Shown: positions 48,167 to 61,477 of the stretch, piece by piece | How positions within the stretch are numbered: the stretch's first letter is position 1 | How the letters are laid out: every line of letters starts with the position of its first letter | Source: Mustelus asterias | Taxonomy: Eukaryota | Length of the DNA: 64,000 nucleotides | Reading direction: 5' to 3' | Assembly: GCF_964213995.1 (NCBI RefSeq) | Contig: NC_135810.1 | Coordinates: 57,102,001-57,166,000, forward strand | Translations under genes and position numbers: made by a program | The notes under the pieces: generated by a model | The model's input: the letters and a program-made list of their open reading frames with translations, nothing else | Databases searched by the model: none | What the model was told of the DNA's origin: nothing

Positions 48167-48847
48167 GGCTGGGATTCTCCCAAAAAAACTAACTGCCCAA
48201 TGTGTGGGAAAACAGGAATAATTCCCACTTTTTTCAAGTGTACTTACCAGAACGGATGTCCGACACTCTGAGCATTGTAGAGTGCCTCACTCTACAATGT
48301 CTAACCCAATAACCGTGGGTAATTCACTGTGGTAAGCAGGGAGTGGGGCCTATTTCCACCCGAGAGGGCAGCAGTATAGTGCTGGAGATCAGAGATTGCC
48401 GCATGTGCAGTGGCCCCCATTGCCAGCCTCCTTATCGCTGGCCAGCCTCGCAACCTCTCCTTTGCTGGCCTTGCGAGCAAAGGAGGGGCCTTCCTCCCAC
48501 CACCTGATTGCTAGCCTACAGGACCTCACCGAGCTCAAATCTCTGCTCCCCCCCACCCTCCACCAGCTCCGACCTCCCTGCCTCCCACCACCTGGCCAGC
48601 ACCAACCCCCCCGACCCTCCTCCCACCCCGTTGGCTAGCCCGATCACCTCCTCCCTCTCCCAGTGGGTATCCCCCCCACCGATCTCCCCGCCCCAGTATG
48701 CCCTGCCCTCTCTGCCCCCCCCCCCCCCCATTGGCACTGCCCGGTGCTTGGTGTAACACTGGTCGCAAACCTCACTACAGGCCCGTGCTGCTGTCTCATG
48801 GCCCGCTGTGCTGCTCGAGCAATGCAGCAGCCAGGAGAATCCTGGCC
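48167..48847. mobile_element. Non-autonomous Harbinger element
   Basis: TIRs ggctgggattctcc / ggagaatcctggcc; 3-bp TSD cat. Confidence 0.82.
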
Positions 48848-49792
48848 CATTTCAATCTCGAGTAAATTCCATATAGGTCAGGCTCTGTTTTCTTTTTGAA
48901 TTTCTGAATCCCTATCTGTAGGCCTTTGGTACCAACTGTTAGACATTGAGAACCGCAGCTTTTACTCTGTCATAGTCACAACAGTATTATTCTGAAAGAT
49001 ATAAGTACACTTCCAAAGCTTTCCTTATGAAAATACTGTTGGAGTATAGCCCAATATAGCTAATTCCAATTCAGATTCATGGCAATTTTCTCAAAACATA
49101 CAAAGTACATTTCTAGTTCCTCCTCATTAAATGTAAGTACCAAGCGAATATTTATCATCAAATCAAAGCTACAAGGAGTTGGCTCTCGGTCATCCCCATC
49201 TTTCCCCTCTTTGAGCTTTTCTCTTTCCAGTTCTAATTTATTCCTCTCTAACCTTTCTCCTTTCCTTTCTAATTAAACTTTTTTCATTTTTCTTTCAATA
49301 TTGAGCTTTGGATTTTTTTTTCTCATTCTCTTCTGAATTCTAACATTTTGCTTTCTAGATGAAGTTTGGCTCATTCTATATGCAGACACTTCCTTTTATT
49401 CCTCCAGCTTCAAATGCTGAGTCAATTCTTCACACATCTCTGTCTGCTTAGCTTTGGATTTGAAACTGACCCCCATTAACTCTGCTACATTCAGCCTTCC
49501 CTTTATCTTTTGCCAACTGTTCCAAGGGACTGAGAGACAAATTCTCACTCACCACAATGGTCTCAGCATCAAAGTTACTCAGCAAAAGCAAATGTGAAAT
49601 CTTGGTTTGTTTAAATTCTGGAAAGTTCCAGCGAACCCATTTCGCTGCACAATTCGGATCGAACCTTGATGAGCTCCCAGTTTTATTATCATTCCCAAAC
49701 AGTAACAAATCAAATCAAAACAAATTTACCGAATAACCCACCAATGAAAACCAATTTCGCATTAGTGACATCGAGGCATATGCGGAGATATT

Positions 49793-50788
49793 GGCCGCAA
49801 TTTAGTGGCAGCGCTGGCCATGGGCACAAATCCCGTAATGGGCAGGGGGTGGGGGAGGGAGCGGGGAGGGGGGACATGCCTGCAAGAGGATGGTGGTGCC
49901 TGCATTGGGATGGGGAGGGCCCAGTGCCTGTGAAGAGCAGCGGTGCCCTGGTCCTAGGGTGGTTGTGAGGGGGTGGGTTGGACTGGAACCTGTGAAGGAG
50001 GGTTAGGGAAGAGTACCTGTGAAGCGGGTGGGGCGGTGCCAGTGATGAGGAGGGGATGATGCCTGTGAGGGAGGTTGTGCCCTGGTGCTGGTGTGGTGGG
50101 TCACCCCGATGCTTACATGGTGGGGCTGGGGCGGGGTGGGGGGGATCTTTGCACTGTGGGGCTTGGAGGGGAGGACGACTTTTGCATTATGGATTGGGGG
50201 GTTTGCTCTGAACTTTGCATTGTGGCTGGGGTTGGGCGGGGGGGGGAGGGGGTGGCGATGATCCTTGCATTGTGGAGGGAGTTGCTCTGAACTTTGCATT
50301 GTGGCCGGGGGGAGGGGTGCGGAGGGGCGATGATCTTTGCATTGTAGTCGGGGTGGGGAATGGGGGGTGATCTTTGTTCACATTGTCGGAAAGGGGCCGA
50401 TCCTTGCATTGTGGGGAGGGGGGGAGGGGTGCTCCTCAAATCTTTGCATTGTGGTGAGGGGTGCTCCGATCTTTCCATTGTGGGGGGAGGGGGCAATGCC
50501 CCGATCTTTGCATTTTGGAGGGGAAATTGCATTGTGATGGTGGGAGGGGTGATATTTGCGTTGTGGGGGGTTGGGAGGGGGGTGGGATCTTTGCATTGTG
50601 AGGGTGGGGATGGAATTCTGATCTTTGCTTTGGGGAGGGAAGGAGGGGGGCAGTTTTGGGATTTCTGGCCTTGCCAGTTTCTTTAGGGTGCTGACTGTCT
50701 GAAAATGCACAGAGTAGTGTTCACACTGGCGAGGAGAGCTGACTGTACAGCCTGCGAGCTTCACACCAGTTTCTGGCAAGACTTTGCC
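49793..50788. mobile_element. G-rich Harbinger-like element with gatctttgcattgtg(g)n array (50140-50640)
   Basis: Roughly 15 copies of the core separated by G-runs; termini uncertain. Confidence 0.55.
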
Positions 50789-50934
50789 AATTAGATCAGA
50801 TGACTGAAAACTTAGTCAAAGGGATAGATTTTAAGGACTATCTTAAAGGAGGAAAGTGAGTCAGAGAGGTGGAGACGTGTAACAGAGTTCCATAGCTGGT
50901 ACAAAAGTAATGACTTTATGAGAAACATTTCTAA

Positions 50935-51290
50935 AACGGCCTCAACTGGAGTATTGTGTCCGATTCTGGACACCAGCCTGCAGGAAGGCTCTGAAGGATT
51001 AAGAGAGGGCGCAGAAAAGATTTACGAGAATGGTTCCAAGGTTGAGGGACTTCAATTACCTGGATAGATTGGAGAAGCTTGCAGTTGTTCTCTTTAGAAA
51101 TGGAAATGTTGAGAGGAGATTTGAGAGAGAAGTTCAAAGCCATGAGTTATCCAAATGAAGCAGCGAGGGAGAAAGTGTTCCCACTTGCAGAAGGCACAAG
51201 AACAAGAGGATGTTGATACAAGGTGAATGACAAAAGAACCAATGACAACATGAGGAAAATCTTTTTTATGCAGTGAGTGGTTAGGCATGG
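50935..51290 (+). mobile_element. Old CR1 3' fragment
   Basis: cggcctcaactggagtattgtgtcc (RPQLEYCV) ... ttttttatgcagtgagtggttagg. Confidence 0.75.
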
Positions 51291-51436
51291 AGGTGAATGG
51301 CCCATAAGTGCCTTCTCCTGCTCTTGAGATGGGAAGAGGCTGAAACCTCAGAGGTGATGTGACTCCTGTACAGGCAACCTGTGTCTATCAGGAGCCCTCC
51401 AAGATATTTCTCCAACTTTCTTTTGTCCTCTCTGCC

Positions 51437-51646
51437 TTACTGGAATCTTGCTGGTGTTAACGCTGGCAGGATCCTACAGTCCTGTTTACCGCGCACCCCT
51501 GTCACCGGTTTCCCGGCTGCTTGGGATGCATTCAGTGGGAAACGCCATTTACAATGGCGGGACCATAAGTTCTTGCCACCAGGGAGTGACGCACCGTCTC
51601 CCGCCAGCGCATAACACACCACGGAGGGGGAGGAAAATCCGGCCCC
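51437..51646. mobile_element. ~200-bp Harbinger-type MITE
   Basis: Ends ggaaaatccggcccc; homologous to 5625-5819. Confidence 0.6.
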
Positions 51647-52801
51647 CTGCCTTTCACCCAGACTCCATTATTTCTCTTTCTCAGGGGTCTGCCTGCAGTC
51701 TTAGCATTGGCCACCGCTCCCAGTCATTTGATTAGCCAGCAGTTCTTCGAGGAAGAACCTCTACTCGGATGGGGGTGCAAGACCCATTTCAAACCAATCT
51801 ACAGCCTGACACCGATTTAATGGCCACAGGGTGACCCAGCCAGACAGAGGTGGGCTCACCAAATACTTCCATGGCAGCCCATAAAGTGGACAGAGATTCG
51901 CCTGTTTGCACCAACCCAAAAATCAACTGGGACACAGTGCAAAATGCAGACTATCAATTGCAGAAAAGATCAGCGAGCACTGGATGGTGACTAAGTACTT
52001 AGTCCAGAAATAAATCCCGAGGTTCAGGGCAATGTCATGTCATGGATGTGACATTGCAAGGCATTGCTGGAGCAAGATAGCAGCCCCCTTGTCAGCTAAT
52101 GGGTAGGAACAGTTTGGAAGGATAGAACATAAAGGCAGCACCGAAAAAAATAGAAAATTTTTTTCTAAGGAGTAACAAATATGAAAATTGCTCCAATTCA
52201 GCTGTAAATTCAAGATCTAAAAGTGCTATCTACAGTTACACAAAGATGCACTTTCTAAGTGAAAATTTCAGAAATGAAGTGATAAACGGTATGAAGTTCT
52301 ACTCGTCTATGCCTTTTGCTCATTGTTGACTTGATTACAGAAATGTTCGACATTGAGGTCACTTTTTTTACTTATCTAATGAACATAGCCACAATTCCCC
52401 AACACGAATGGTCCCACAGCTTACTTTTTCGCTGGGACATAAGACATAGGAGCGGAAGTAAGGCCATTCGGCCCATCGAGTCCACTCCACATATCACAGT
52501 GTTCCCTTGGCCACAATGTCACAATAAAAGCCAACACAAAACAAATATTCCAAACCTTCATTTTAAACAAACTATCACATATATCATACAAACACCAACT
52601 GATCATCCTTGTACATTCACTTGGTGCCTGTTTTCCATGTGCCTTTACTTCTCCTAGTGCCACCATTGTGCCACCATGGAAACTGCAGTAGGGCTGGTGG
52701 AAGTGATGATGAGTGCAGAAGGCCTTGGAGTAAATATCAAGCAGTTCTGGGCCTAGAACGTTCAGCTTTAGACGGCACCATCTCAGCAAGGGCAGTATTA
52801 T

Positions 52802-53137
52802 GAATCATAGAATCATAGAATCCCTACAATGTAGAAGGATGCCATTTGGCCCATCAAGCATGCACTGACAACAATCCCACTCAAGCTCCATCCCCATTAC
52901 TCCACACATTTACCCTGCTAATCTGCCTGACACTAAGGGGCAATTTATCATAACCAATCAACCTAACCCACACATCTTTGGGCTGGGGGAGGAAACCGGA
53001 GCACCCAGAGGAAACCCACACAGACACGGGGAGAACATGCAAACTCCACACACACACAGTCACCCAAGGCTGGAATTGAACCTGGGTCCCTGGCGCTGCG
53101 AGGCAGGAGTGCTAACCACTGTGCCACTGTGCTGCCC
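52802..53137 (-). mobile_element. HE1-like V-SINE
   Basis: (atcataga)n tail, V domain, tRNA head. Confidence 0.9.
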
Positions 53138-53139
53138 CA

Positions 53140-54960
53140 TGTCTGGAGTACTAGTCTGACAGGGAACATTGAGGGCACTGGAAGAATTAAACGAGTTGGA
53201 GCACAAATTCTGTTATCTTAAAAGAGGACAGCAGTTTGTGCTCCATGGAGGCACTCGCCTCGGTTGGCACCTCAGCAATCCTATTAATCTGTTGGTGGAC
53301 AGACTGCTGTATTTGTATGAGACCCTGAAAGCCCCTTTGAACATTTCGATCTGCATCCATAATGGTAGATGTCTGAGCCTGCATGGCACCAAGCATGATT
53401 TCAGTCTGAGTTTCCAGTGTCAGAAACTGCATAGCTTCTGTGTGTACTCCAGGGCGGAATTTTCCCATCCCGCCTGCCATGGGAATCGTAACGGACGGGA
53501 CAGAAAATTCGGTGGAAACATCCGTTGACCTCGGGTGGGAATTCTTGGCCTTGGGACGAGTGCGGCTGGAAATTCCTGCCCATGTCAGATGCTGCATCAA
53601 GTATGGTAATGAAATTGGTCACTAATCTCGTGCTGGAAAGGATCAGCTCCAAGCTCTGCTCAAAGCCCTGAAAGGAACAGGTGCTGGACTTCTCCATGCT
53701 CCTTGAAAGAAACCACAAGCTTTCAGGCAGGACCACCAATGCATCAAGCTTTTCTTTGGGCCTACCTACCTGATTTCTTCTGTAGGTCGCACCATCAGAG
53801 TTCTTAACTGAATTCTTCGCTACAAAACATGTGGTGATCTTGCCCTCCAGTGTGCGAGCATCTGTGCTACTCTTTCCCATGTCATGATTACCTACTGGTC
53901 ATTCATGCCTACTGACTCACCGTGTGAAGATCTGTGCAGGGTCAGTATCTGAGATAGTGACCGCGCATGTGAGTGATGTCATGTTTTCCTCATCTGTGCC
54001 CCTTCTCTCTTCCACATTTTTCTCCGATACCACTGTCTGCCTCATCTGACTTCTTGGGTGTCTGATAGGAGAAAACGCAAGGGTAGGGTTAGGGTGAAGA
54101 TGTGTGGGGAGAGCAGGAGGTGCATGTTTACATATCTGCAGCTTTTAAATCTGAAGAGATTGTGGGATGAGGGGCAAATGGACTGTACGTAGCACAAGAT
54201 ATGAACATACTGCCACCATGGCCTCAGTCATGGACATTACAGTGATGGCGACCGCCATCTGCTCCACTGGAGTAAGGGCCTGTAGCCAAGCCTGTTCCCC
54301 TCCACTTAGCTCCTGATGCCATCATTGACACTCCACTTTGTTCTGCGCGCGAGTGGGACATTGTCAGAAAACTTGGTGCAGTGTATTTGGGCAGCGTGGA
54401 CACTCTGGTTGAATTGCTCACAATGTGGACAAACTGTGAGATGTGAAGATTGCAGCCGGGTGAAATGTGTGAGGGTGAAGTATCAGTGTGAGCTATGTGT
54501 CATGGCTAATCGAGTTCGTTGGGTGAGTGGGGACAGGGGCGAATGGTGAATTGAACTATGTGTGAGGCTAATGGTTCATTTTTAACAATACTCCTGTATA
54601 GTGTTTGAAGATGCAGTCGCTCTTCTTGACTTGTGTGGACTCACTGAACTTCTTGAAGCACTACTTCCCATTGCTCAGGACTACACTGTTGGTATTGACT
54701 GGGATGCTCTCAATGCCATTCCAGAATATGCCTGGAGGGTGGGGTCCACTGAATCCCCTGTGGGTAGTGGAGTTTCCTACTCCTGCCCAACTCTTGCACC
54801 AGTGTTCAGTGCTGTCTCAGATAACCTTGCAAAATGTCCGCTGCCCAGTCACTCCACTATTCAGTGTTGTCCCTGCCCGGGCATTCTTCTCCAGCTGTTT
54901 CAGCACCTGCTGCAACCAGGATACATCATCCCTTTAACAGACGCAGCTTGTCTTTCGTCA
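53140..54960 (-). pseudogene. Decayed multi-exon Harbinger Myb/SANT accessory gene
   Basis: ~54640-54860 W....VNTNSVV...*CFKKF; ~54225-54340 LQALTPVEQM following a GG-rich motif; 53187-53880 Q-rich coiled-coil tail. Confidence 0.6.
53452..53581. mobile_element. 130-bp Harbinger-type MITE
   Basis: TIRs gggcggaattttcc / ggaaattcctgccc. Confidence 0.78.
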
Positions 54961-55648
54961 ACTTTAAGTGGTGATAGCCTCATGCAAACGTGGGCTCCCT
55001 GCTGAGGTGTGCACTCACTCAACAGTGCACTGAGTGCTCACTGCATGCTAAATAATGGAACATAAGCAGCATGTGCATGTCTTCAGGGGCTGTCCAGTTT
55101 TGCCCCTATGATGTGGCCATTATCACATTGCAAATTGCTATGTCAAAGGAAAATCTTGCATGGCCGAGTTTGTGCAATCACAGTTGTTTGCTGCTGTTGC
55201 TACATTATAAATGGTTTGAGTTTTGGCACTTAAATGTCCCAGGATATTTCAAGAATATTTGTACCTAATTGCTTCTGAAATTTAAAAGAATGGTCATTCA
55301 CTATTGTAACCTTGTTACTCCTTGAGTATATGCAGTGTATTACAAACACTGGTCTGTAGCATTTGTTGATAGCATTTATTTTTAAAATCTTTATCCCCTT
55401 AACATGTTTTTATTGCTGGCTGTACAGTCAGATGATGCAGGGTTCCCATTCTGCTTCAGAGAGTCCTGATGAGTGGGAACTGGAATACTTGTTCTGAATC
55501 CAGCGGTACACTAGTAATTGGTAGGGGCGGGAGCCCATACAATCCTCCCTTCATTTAAAACTAATGACCCTATCAGTTGATCGAGCAGCCATGGGAAGAG
55601 TATTTACATTGTGGTCTGTCCAACTGTTAATCAGCCTGTGAATTCTTT

Positions 55649-56003
55649 GGCACGGTGGCACAGTGATTAGCACTGCTGCCTCACAGTGCCAGGGACCCGG
55701 GTTCGATTCCTGGCTTGGGTCACTGTCTGTATGGAGTTCGCACATTCTCCCTGTGTCTGCGTGGATTTCCTCCGGGTGCTCCGGTTTCTTCCCACAGTCC
55801 AAAGATGTGCGGGTTAGGTGGATTGCCCATGCTGAGTTATCCCTTGGTGTCCTGGGATGTGTGGGTTGCGGAGATTGGTGGGTGGATGCAAGGGGTTACA
55901 GGAATAGGGCCTGGGGTGGGATGCCCCTTGGGGGGAGGGGTGGGGAGAGTCTGTCTGGACTCGATGGGCCGAATGGCTTCATTCTGCACTGTAGGAATTC
56001 TAT
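55649..56003 (+). mobile_element. HE1-like V-SINE whose tail is split by a Harbinger insertion
   Basis: Tail ...aattctat resumes as tatgattc at 57136. Confidence 0.88.
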
Positions 56004-57135
56004 GGGGGCAATTCTCCCAGAAAAGTGCTAAGCGTGGAATTTGCGGGAAAACTGGTGTAAATCATGATTGATTTTTCAGTGGGTGTTCAGAATAGAATCT
56101 CTCCCACACTCTGTGCAATGCAGAGGTCACAATCATAAATATCATTAAAAACTCGGGGTGCAGGGCCTATTCACGCCGGAGTCTGACAGTTCCGGAACTC
56201 TGCGCATGCACAGTGGCACCGAACTGTCAGCCTGCACTTTGCTGCCTAGCTCGATCGCTGGCTAGCCCGGGACCATTGCAGTGCTGGCCCCCAAACCCCA
56301 CATGGCCCGATCGCAGCCCCCACGACCATTCCCAGGCCAGCCCCGACCCCAATGTCCACCCCCCCCCCCCCAACGGGAGGCAGACCCCCCCCCCCCCGCA
56401 GCAGACAACCCCAAACCCCAGTAGACCCCCCACGGGAGGCAGATCCCCATGGCAGATCAGCTCCCCCCCCAGCCCACCCCGATCACCGGCCTCCTTCCAG
56501 CCTCAATTGATCCCAATGCAGAGTGGCAGTGGGACCCCTTAGCCCAACCAATTGCCACCTAGGCCTGCCCCAACTGTCCCCGCCCCTAGGCCCTGCCCCC
56601 TTGGCACTGCCCTTAGGCCCCACTCCCTTGGCACTGCCCTATGCCCAATGGGCAGTGCCAAGGTGCCCCCTGAGCATGGGCCCTGTGCCCCTTGGCCATT
56701 GTCAGGGGCCACAGGCTGGCATTGCCAAGGTGCCCATGCCCAGGGGGCACCCCCCCCCCCCACTGCTCAACCCCTGGGGGGCCCTGATTGCCTCCCTTCA
56801 CCTCAGAAGGGTCATCCCGCTGGTTCCCCAAAAGTGGGGAGCTAGTCTGAACCCCACTGGAGTGAAATTGCACTGATGGTGTGGGAGATGCTAGTGGGCC
56901 CAGAGACTTTAGTCCCGGGCTCGTTAATCACATTTGAATAAAATAAAAATAGATTTAAATGACTTACCTGCTGTTCCCGCCGGTTTCCAGCGTGGTTACG
57001 ACTGTGCTGGATATCCGGCGCTGGGAGATACGTGTGCGTCGGGAACACATGCGCGAATCCCGCGAATCGGCCCACGCGATTCTCCCGGCCTGCCACGCTA
57101 AATAATTAACGCTGCAGGATGGGAGAATCACCCCC
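56004..57135. mobile_element. Non-autonomous Harbinger element (1132 bp)
   Basis: TIRs gggggcaattctccca / tgggagaatcaccccc; TSD tat at 56001-56003 and 57136-57138. Confidence 0.88.
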
Positions 57136-57584
57136 TATGATTCGATACTTTCTCATTCTTTTCGGATTGAGAAGTGTGAAGATATGAAAACAACTATGTT
57201 TTCTTAGATGATTTGGGTTAACATACTGGTGGGTGTCCTCACTCAGCTTCAGCTGAAATACAATCTTGAAAGTCTGAAGCAAAATTATTTAATATTTTGT
57301 AAGTATTTACCCATGTGTGGATACACTGAAGTGGCAAATTCACCTGAGGCCCTGAGTAATTAAAACTCTCTTGTGTACGGCTATAGTTCTCTTCTCTCTG
57401 TTTTTACAAATCTGCTTCAGTTTCCATACAAAGTGACAGTTTCTCTCCATTTCCCCATGTGTCTTTATTTCTCTCACAGTATGTGTGTGTTTTTCCTTTT
57501 CCTATCTTCCTATGACACTGTAGTTTCTCTCCCACCTCCTATTATATCTTCCTGGTGATTTTGTCCGTGAGACTTACCTTGTGC

Positions 57585-58085
57585 TCCTTTTACCCAATGT
57601 CCAGTAAACTACTGACCGCAGCCTGGCCTTGTGCTAGCTCACATTGTAAATGGTTCCCACCCTTCAGGTACTATATCATTACCTTTCAAAACCACTGTCA
57701 TCACTCCACCATCAAGAAACTTGCCCCGAATCTTCTGTTCTTGCAAACTCTTGCTCCATTTCCATCTTTGCGGAGGTATCCTTAAACAGGCCAGCACCTC
57801 CCAAATCAGTGACTATCTTTCTTGCAACTTCATGCTTAAATCTTTTCAATCAAGTTTATGCTCATGCCACTATGTCAAAACCAATGCTCCAACCAAAGTC
57901 ACATGTAACATTCCTGTGATTGTGTTACATTCCCTCCTCATACCCCTTGACTTCTTTTTGACCTTTGATTAAGTTGAAAATATCTCCCTTCCACTGTCCA
58001 GCCATGCGGGATTGTCTTCATTTGGTTCCATTCATACCTATTTGACAATAGCAGAGTATCTACAGCAATGGTTTTTCTTCCCAAC
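57585..58085 (+). mobile_element. Ancient L2 LINE RT remnant
   Basis: Degenerate FQS.....H......KVT..I...LLIPLDF..TFD pattern (ORF 57631). Confidence 0.6.
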
Positions 58086-58124
58086 CCCGACTGCTAACCC
58101 ATCTATCTGTTGTTGGAACTGCAC

Positions 58125-58535
58125 CCAATCAGCGAAGTGGAGAATATTCCATCACACTCCTGACTTGTGCCTTGTAGATGGTGGACAGGTTTTGGGGAGT
58201 CAGGAGGTGAGTTACTTGCTGCAGTATTCCTAGCCTCTGACCTGCTCTTGTAGCCACTTCGTTTATGTGGCAAGTCCAGCTGAGGTTCTGGTCAATGGTT
58301 ACTCCAAGGATGTTGACAGTGGGGGATTCAGTGATGGTAACACCATTGAATGTCAAGGGGTGATGGTTAGAGTGTCTCTTATTGTTGATGGTCATTGCCT
58401 GGCATTTGTGTGGCGCGAAGATTACTGCTACTTGTCAGCTCAAGCCTGGATATTGTCCAGATCTTGTTGCGTTTGAACATGGACTGCTTCAGTTTCTGAG
58501 AAGTTGCAAATATTGCTGAACATTGTGCAATCATT
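58125..58535 (-). mobile_element. Old CR1-clade LINE RT fragment
   Basis: ORF 58129..58395 ILGVTIDQNLSWT.HI...A.RAGQRLGIL...IYKAQVRSVMEYSP. Confidence 0.82.
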
Positions 58536-59217
58536 TCAGTGCTGATCTGGCCAGCCTCCCATCAGCTCCTGATCCAAACAACATGCTCCCCTCTCTTTGC
58601 TACACCACTTCAGCACTTGCGGGCAAGATCTCATTCTGAAATTCAACCCTGTTAACCTAATCTGCCAGCAACAACCAGGAACAATGTCTATACAAAGGAA
58701 TTGTTTAACAGGTGACTTTGTGATCTGTCCAATATGTCTTACTGGAGATTAAAACTTTGCTACTTCTGTGTAGATTAAATGATATATTCCTATAAAGCAC
58801 TGTCTTGTCTTTCAGCCCTCTTGCATATCTTACAGAAATTCTTAATGTAAGAAGGAAAGTTGCTCCAGCAGGTTTTGTTGGAACTTCCCTTTTTAGCTGC
58901 ATTAGATCTTCACGTCCATGTAATAAGTTGCCTTCAATGAAAAAAATCATGAGCAATGTAACTGAGCACTATCACTGTTTTACATTATTATATAAAGTAA
59001 AAATGTATTCCTCTGTATGAAGAAGAATGTTCTACCATTAGCTCAAAATGTAACTTTCACCAGTTGGAATCTGTGTCCCCTTGTCCGATTGTTTCAAGTT
59101 AATTTAAGGTAATGGCTTGGAATTACTGTTTCCATTCCCTTAAGTATATCACTTTCTAAGGTCACCTTGGGTAATGGAAGCAGATGGAAGCAGATTCAGC
59201 ATGAACCTCCATAGCAT

Positions 59218-59376
59218 CAATCATAGAATCCACACAGTAAGAATGAGGCCATTCGGCCCATTGAGTCTGCACCAACAACAAACCTACCTAGGCCTTTTCC
59301 CTGTAACCCCATGTATTTATCCTGCTAATCCCCCTGACACTTAGGGGCAATTTATCATGGCCAATCAATCTAACTC
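59218..59376 (-). mobile_element. HE1-like SINE 3' half
   Basis: gaggccattcggccc...ctgacacttaggggcaattt. Confidence 0.75.
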
Positions 59377-60113
59377 TTGCAAGGATTTCCCCCATTTTTC
59401 TACAGAACTCATACACCAGGAATTAGCCACATGGCTATTCTCTACATTGCGACCCATGTTTGAGTGTTTCTCTTGCTTCAGTCACAAGGGCTGTACATAG
59501 TACTCAAAATATAGTCTAACCATAAACTTATATTGTTTTCTCAAAGCTATCTCCGATTTGCATTCTATTCTGATGTGACTGTGAGTCAACATTCTGATGA
59601 ATGTACTGGTTGTTGCTCTGTATTGGCTGGACATTTTGACCATTGAGTCTGCTAACTGTCCTATGTCTCTTGCTGTTTTGTTTTAGCTGTTTAAGTACAT
59701 TGTTAAGTCAGGTGAATGCTGCCAATTGAAGTGAAGCAGGGACGTCAGGCATTTCAACCAAGCTATCAAACATAACCTAATGGTCTGGAAAGGGGCAATT
59801 CCTGTTGGCCTTTGTGGACTAAGGTCTGTGTACGCTGCAGATGGATCAACTCAATATTTGCCATTTATACCAGTTAAATACTAAATTAGCTGAAGGTCAG
59901 TGTAACATTACCATTATAGAAAATTCCGGTGATTGACTGCTTTCCTGCACTCTGATTTCCAAAGTCATGTTGCACGAAATTTACCTGACACAAAATAATT
60001 GATGCCACTATTAACACGTGTTATTACATAAGCACAAGTAGAGTAAGCAGTCATTTTGAGCCTATATTCATAGGCGTCTGAAGCTTAGGACTGGAAACAC
60101 TTGAAGGTGCTTG

Positions 60114-60410
60114 AAGTTTATTTATTAGTGTCATAAGTAGACTTACATTGACACTGCAATGAAGTTACTGTAAAAATCCCCTAGTCGGCGCACTCTGGTG
60201 CCTGTTCAGATGCACTGAGGGGGAATTTACCATGGCTAATGTACCTAACCAGCATGTCTTTCGGACTGTGGGAGGAAACTGGAGCACCTGGTGGGAACCA
60301 TGCAGACATGGGGAGAATGTGCAGACTCCACACAGATAGTGACCCAAGCTGGGAATCGAACCCATGGTCCCTGGCTCAGTGAGACAGCAGTGCTAACCAC
60401 CATGCCACCC
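60114..60410 (-). mobile_element. V-SINE variant with alternative tail
   Basis: Reverse complement of the 24925 element. Confidence 0.85.
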
Positions 60411-61477
60411 TATTTCAACATAATTTACTGGGGGAATTTGGGAAAATTGCAAGCTGAAGAATCAATAAAGTCTCTCATCCCTCCATTTAATGTTTACAGA
60501 ATAATAAAGAATTTGAAGACCAATTAATATTAGAATTTCTGTGTATTTGTTGTCTTACCTTAACTGCCTATTCATGCTCACTGTGACTTTCTTACATGTT
60601 CAATTGCTAGCTAATTACTCCTATGCGAAGGGTCAGTTTGCTTTATGAGATAATGTCAGCAAACTCAATTTAGACTAATGTGATGAAAGACTATTTGCAG
60701 GTTGCAACAGTGATTTGTAGAAGTGGTTTTAACCTTGTACTAAATTGGCAACACCACTGAAGGAAATCACAGGATGATTAGTATAGGAAATTGAAAACTG
60801 TCCCACCAATCCAGCCAATGCTGCTCTTCTGATATGAATGAGGCACATTGCCAGGGCAGGATAAAGGAGCTTTGCTTTAAACCTACTCATGTGTATATAA
60901 CCTGGGAAAATTCAGCACTGCCTTAAAAGGAAAACATTCCATTCCCCAGGATTAATATCCTTCATCTAGATTAGCACAAAAGAAAGCCTGAGTGGAAGGG
61001 CGGACTGACTCTTCATTTGACAAAAGCTGGAAGAATCAGCTTATTTCAAGCAAAGAGTTTAAATGCTGTCGTAATAATCCTAAGCAACCCAAGCTTCTCC
61101 ACACAAAGGGCAGAATTGTAGTATCATCTGAAATGTGTTATTCAAAAGCTTAGATCCTTGCCGAAAACTAATTTCTTTCAGCAGTGTGGAGTAGTTCTGG
61201 GCTTTTTTGTCTGCAAGGATTGAACAAATGCTGAAGACAGTGGGGATAATTCTCACTTTCTGCGATGGTAGAGAGTGGATAACAGAAATCAGCATTGACA
61301 GCAATGGAAATAAAATCAGGTGAGATGTAGAACCAGCGGCCAAGTCACTACCACACATTTTATATTATTGCACAAAGTCAAAATGAACTCTGATTTAAAA
61401 TCTGGAGAAATATTCATCATATTATCAGAAGTGAACAACGACTTAAAGCAACTGATTAGATATGTGAGCACTATTGT

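Larger units (their letters stand above)
44997..49700 (-). mobile_element. Second decayed Gmr1-like Gypsy gag(-pro) region, split by CR1 and Harbinger insertions
   Basis: NIRLVLTFNEEE..YF..FEKIA; DYDRVKAAVL...LVPKAYR; FENLREIIL; LADDYEL; tRNA-Pro-like PBS tgggagctc at ~49671-49679. Confidence 0.75.

Noticed and set aside
55466-55490. ctgatga hammerhead-like core outside Penelope
   Set aside because: No stem II-GAAA-stem III arrangement follows
57208-57298. 91-nt segment with good acceptor and donor
   Set aside because: Open only in phase 0, so it cannot be linked to the phase-2 candidates; peptide unrecognised
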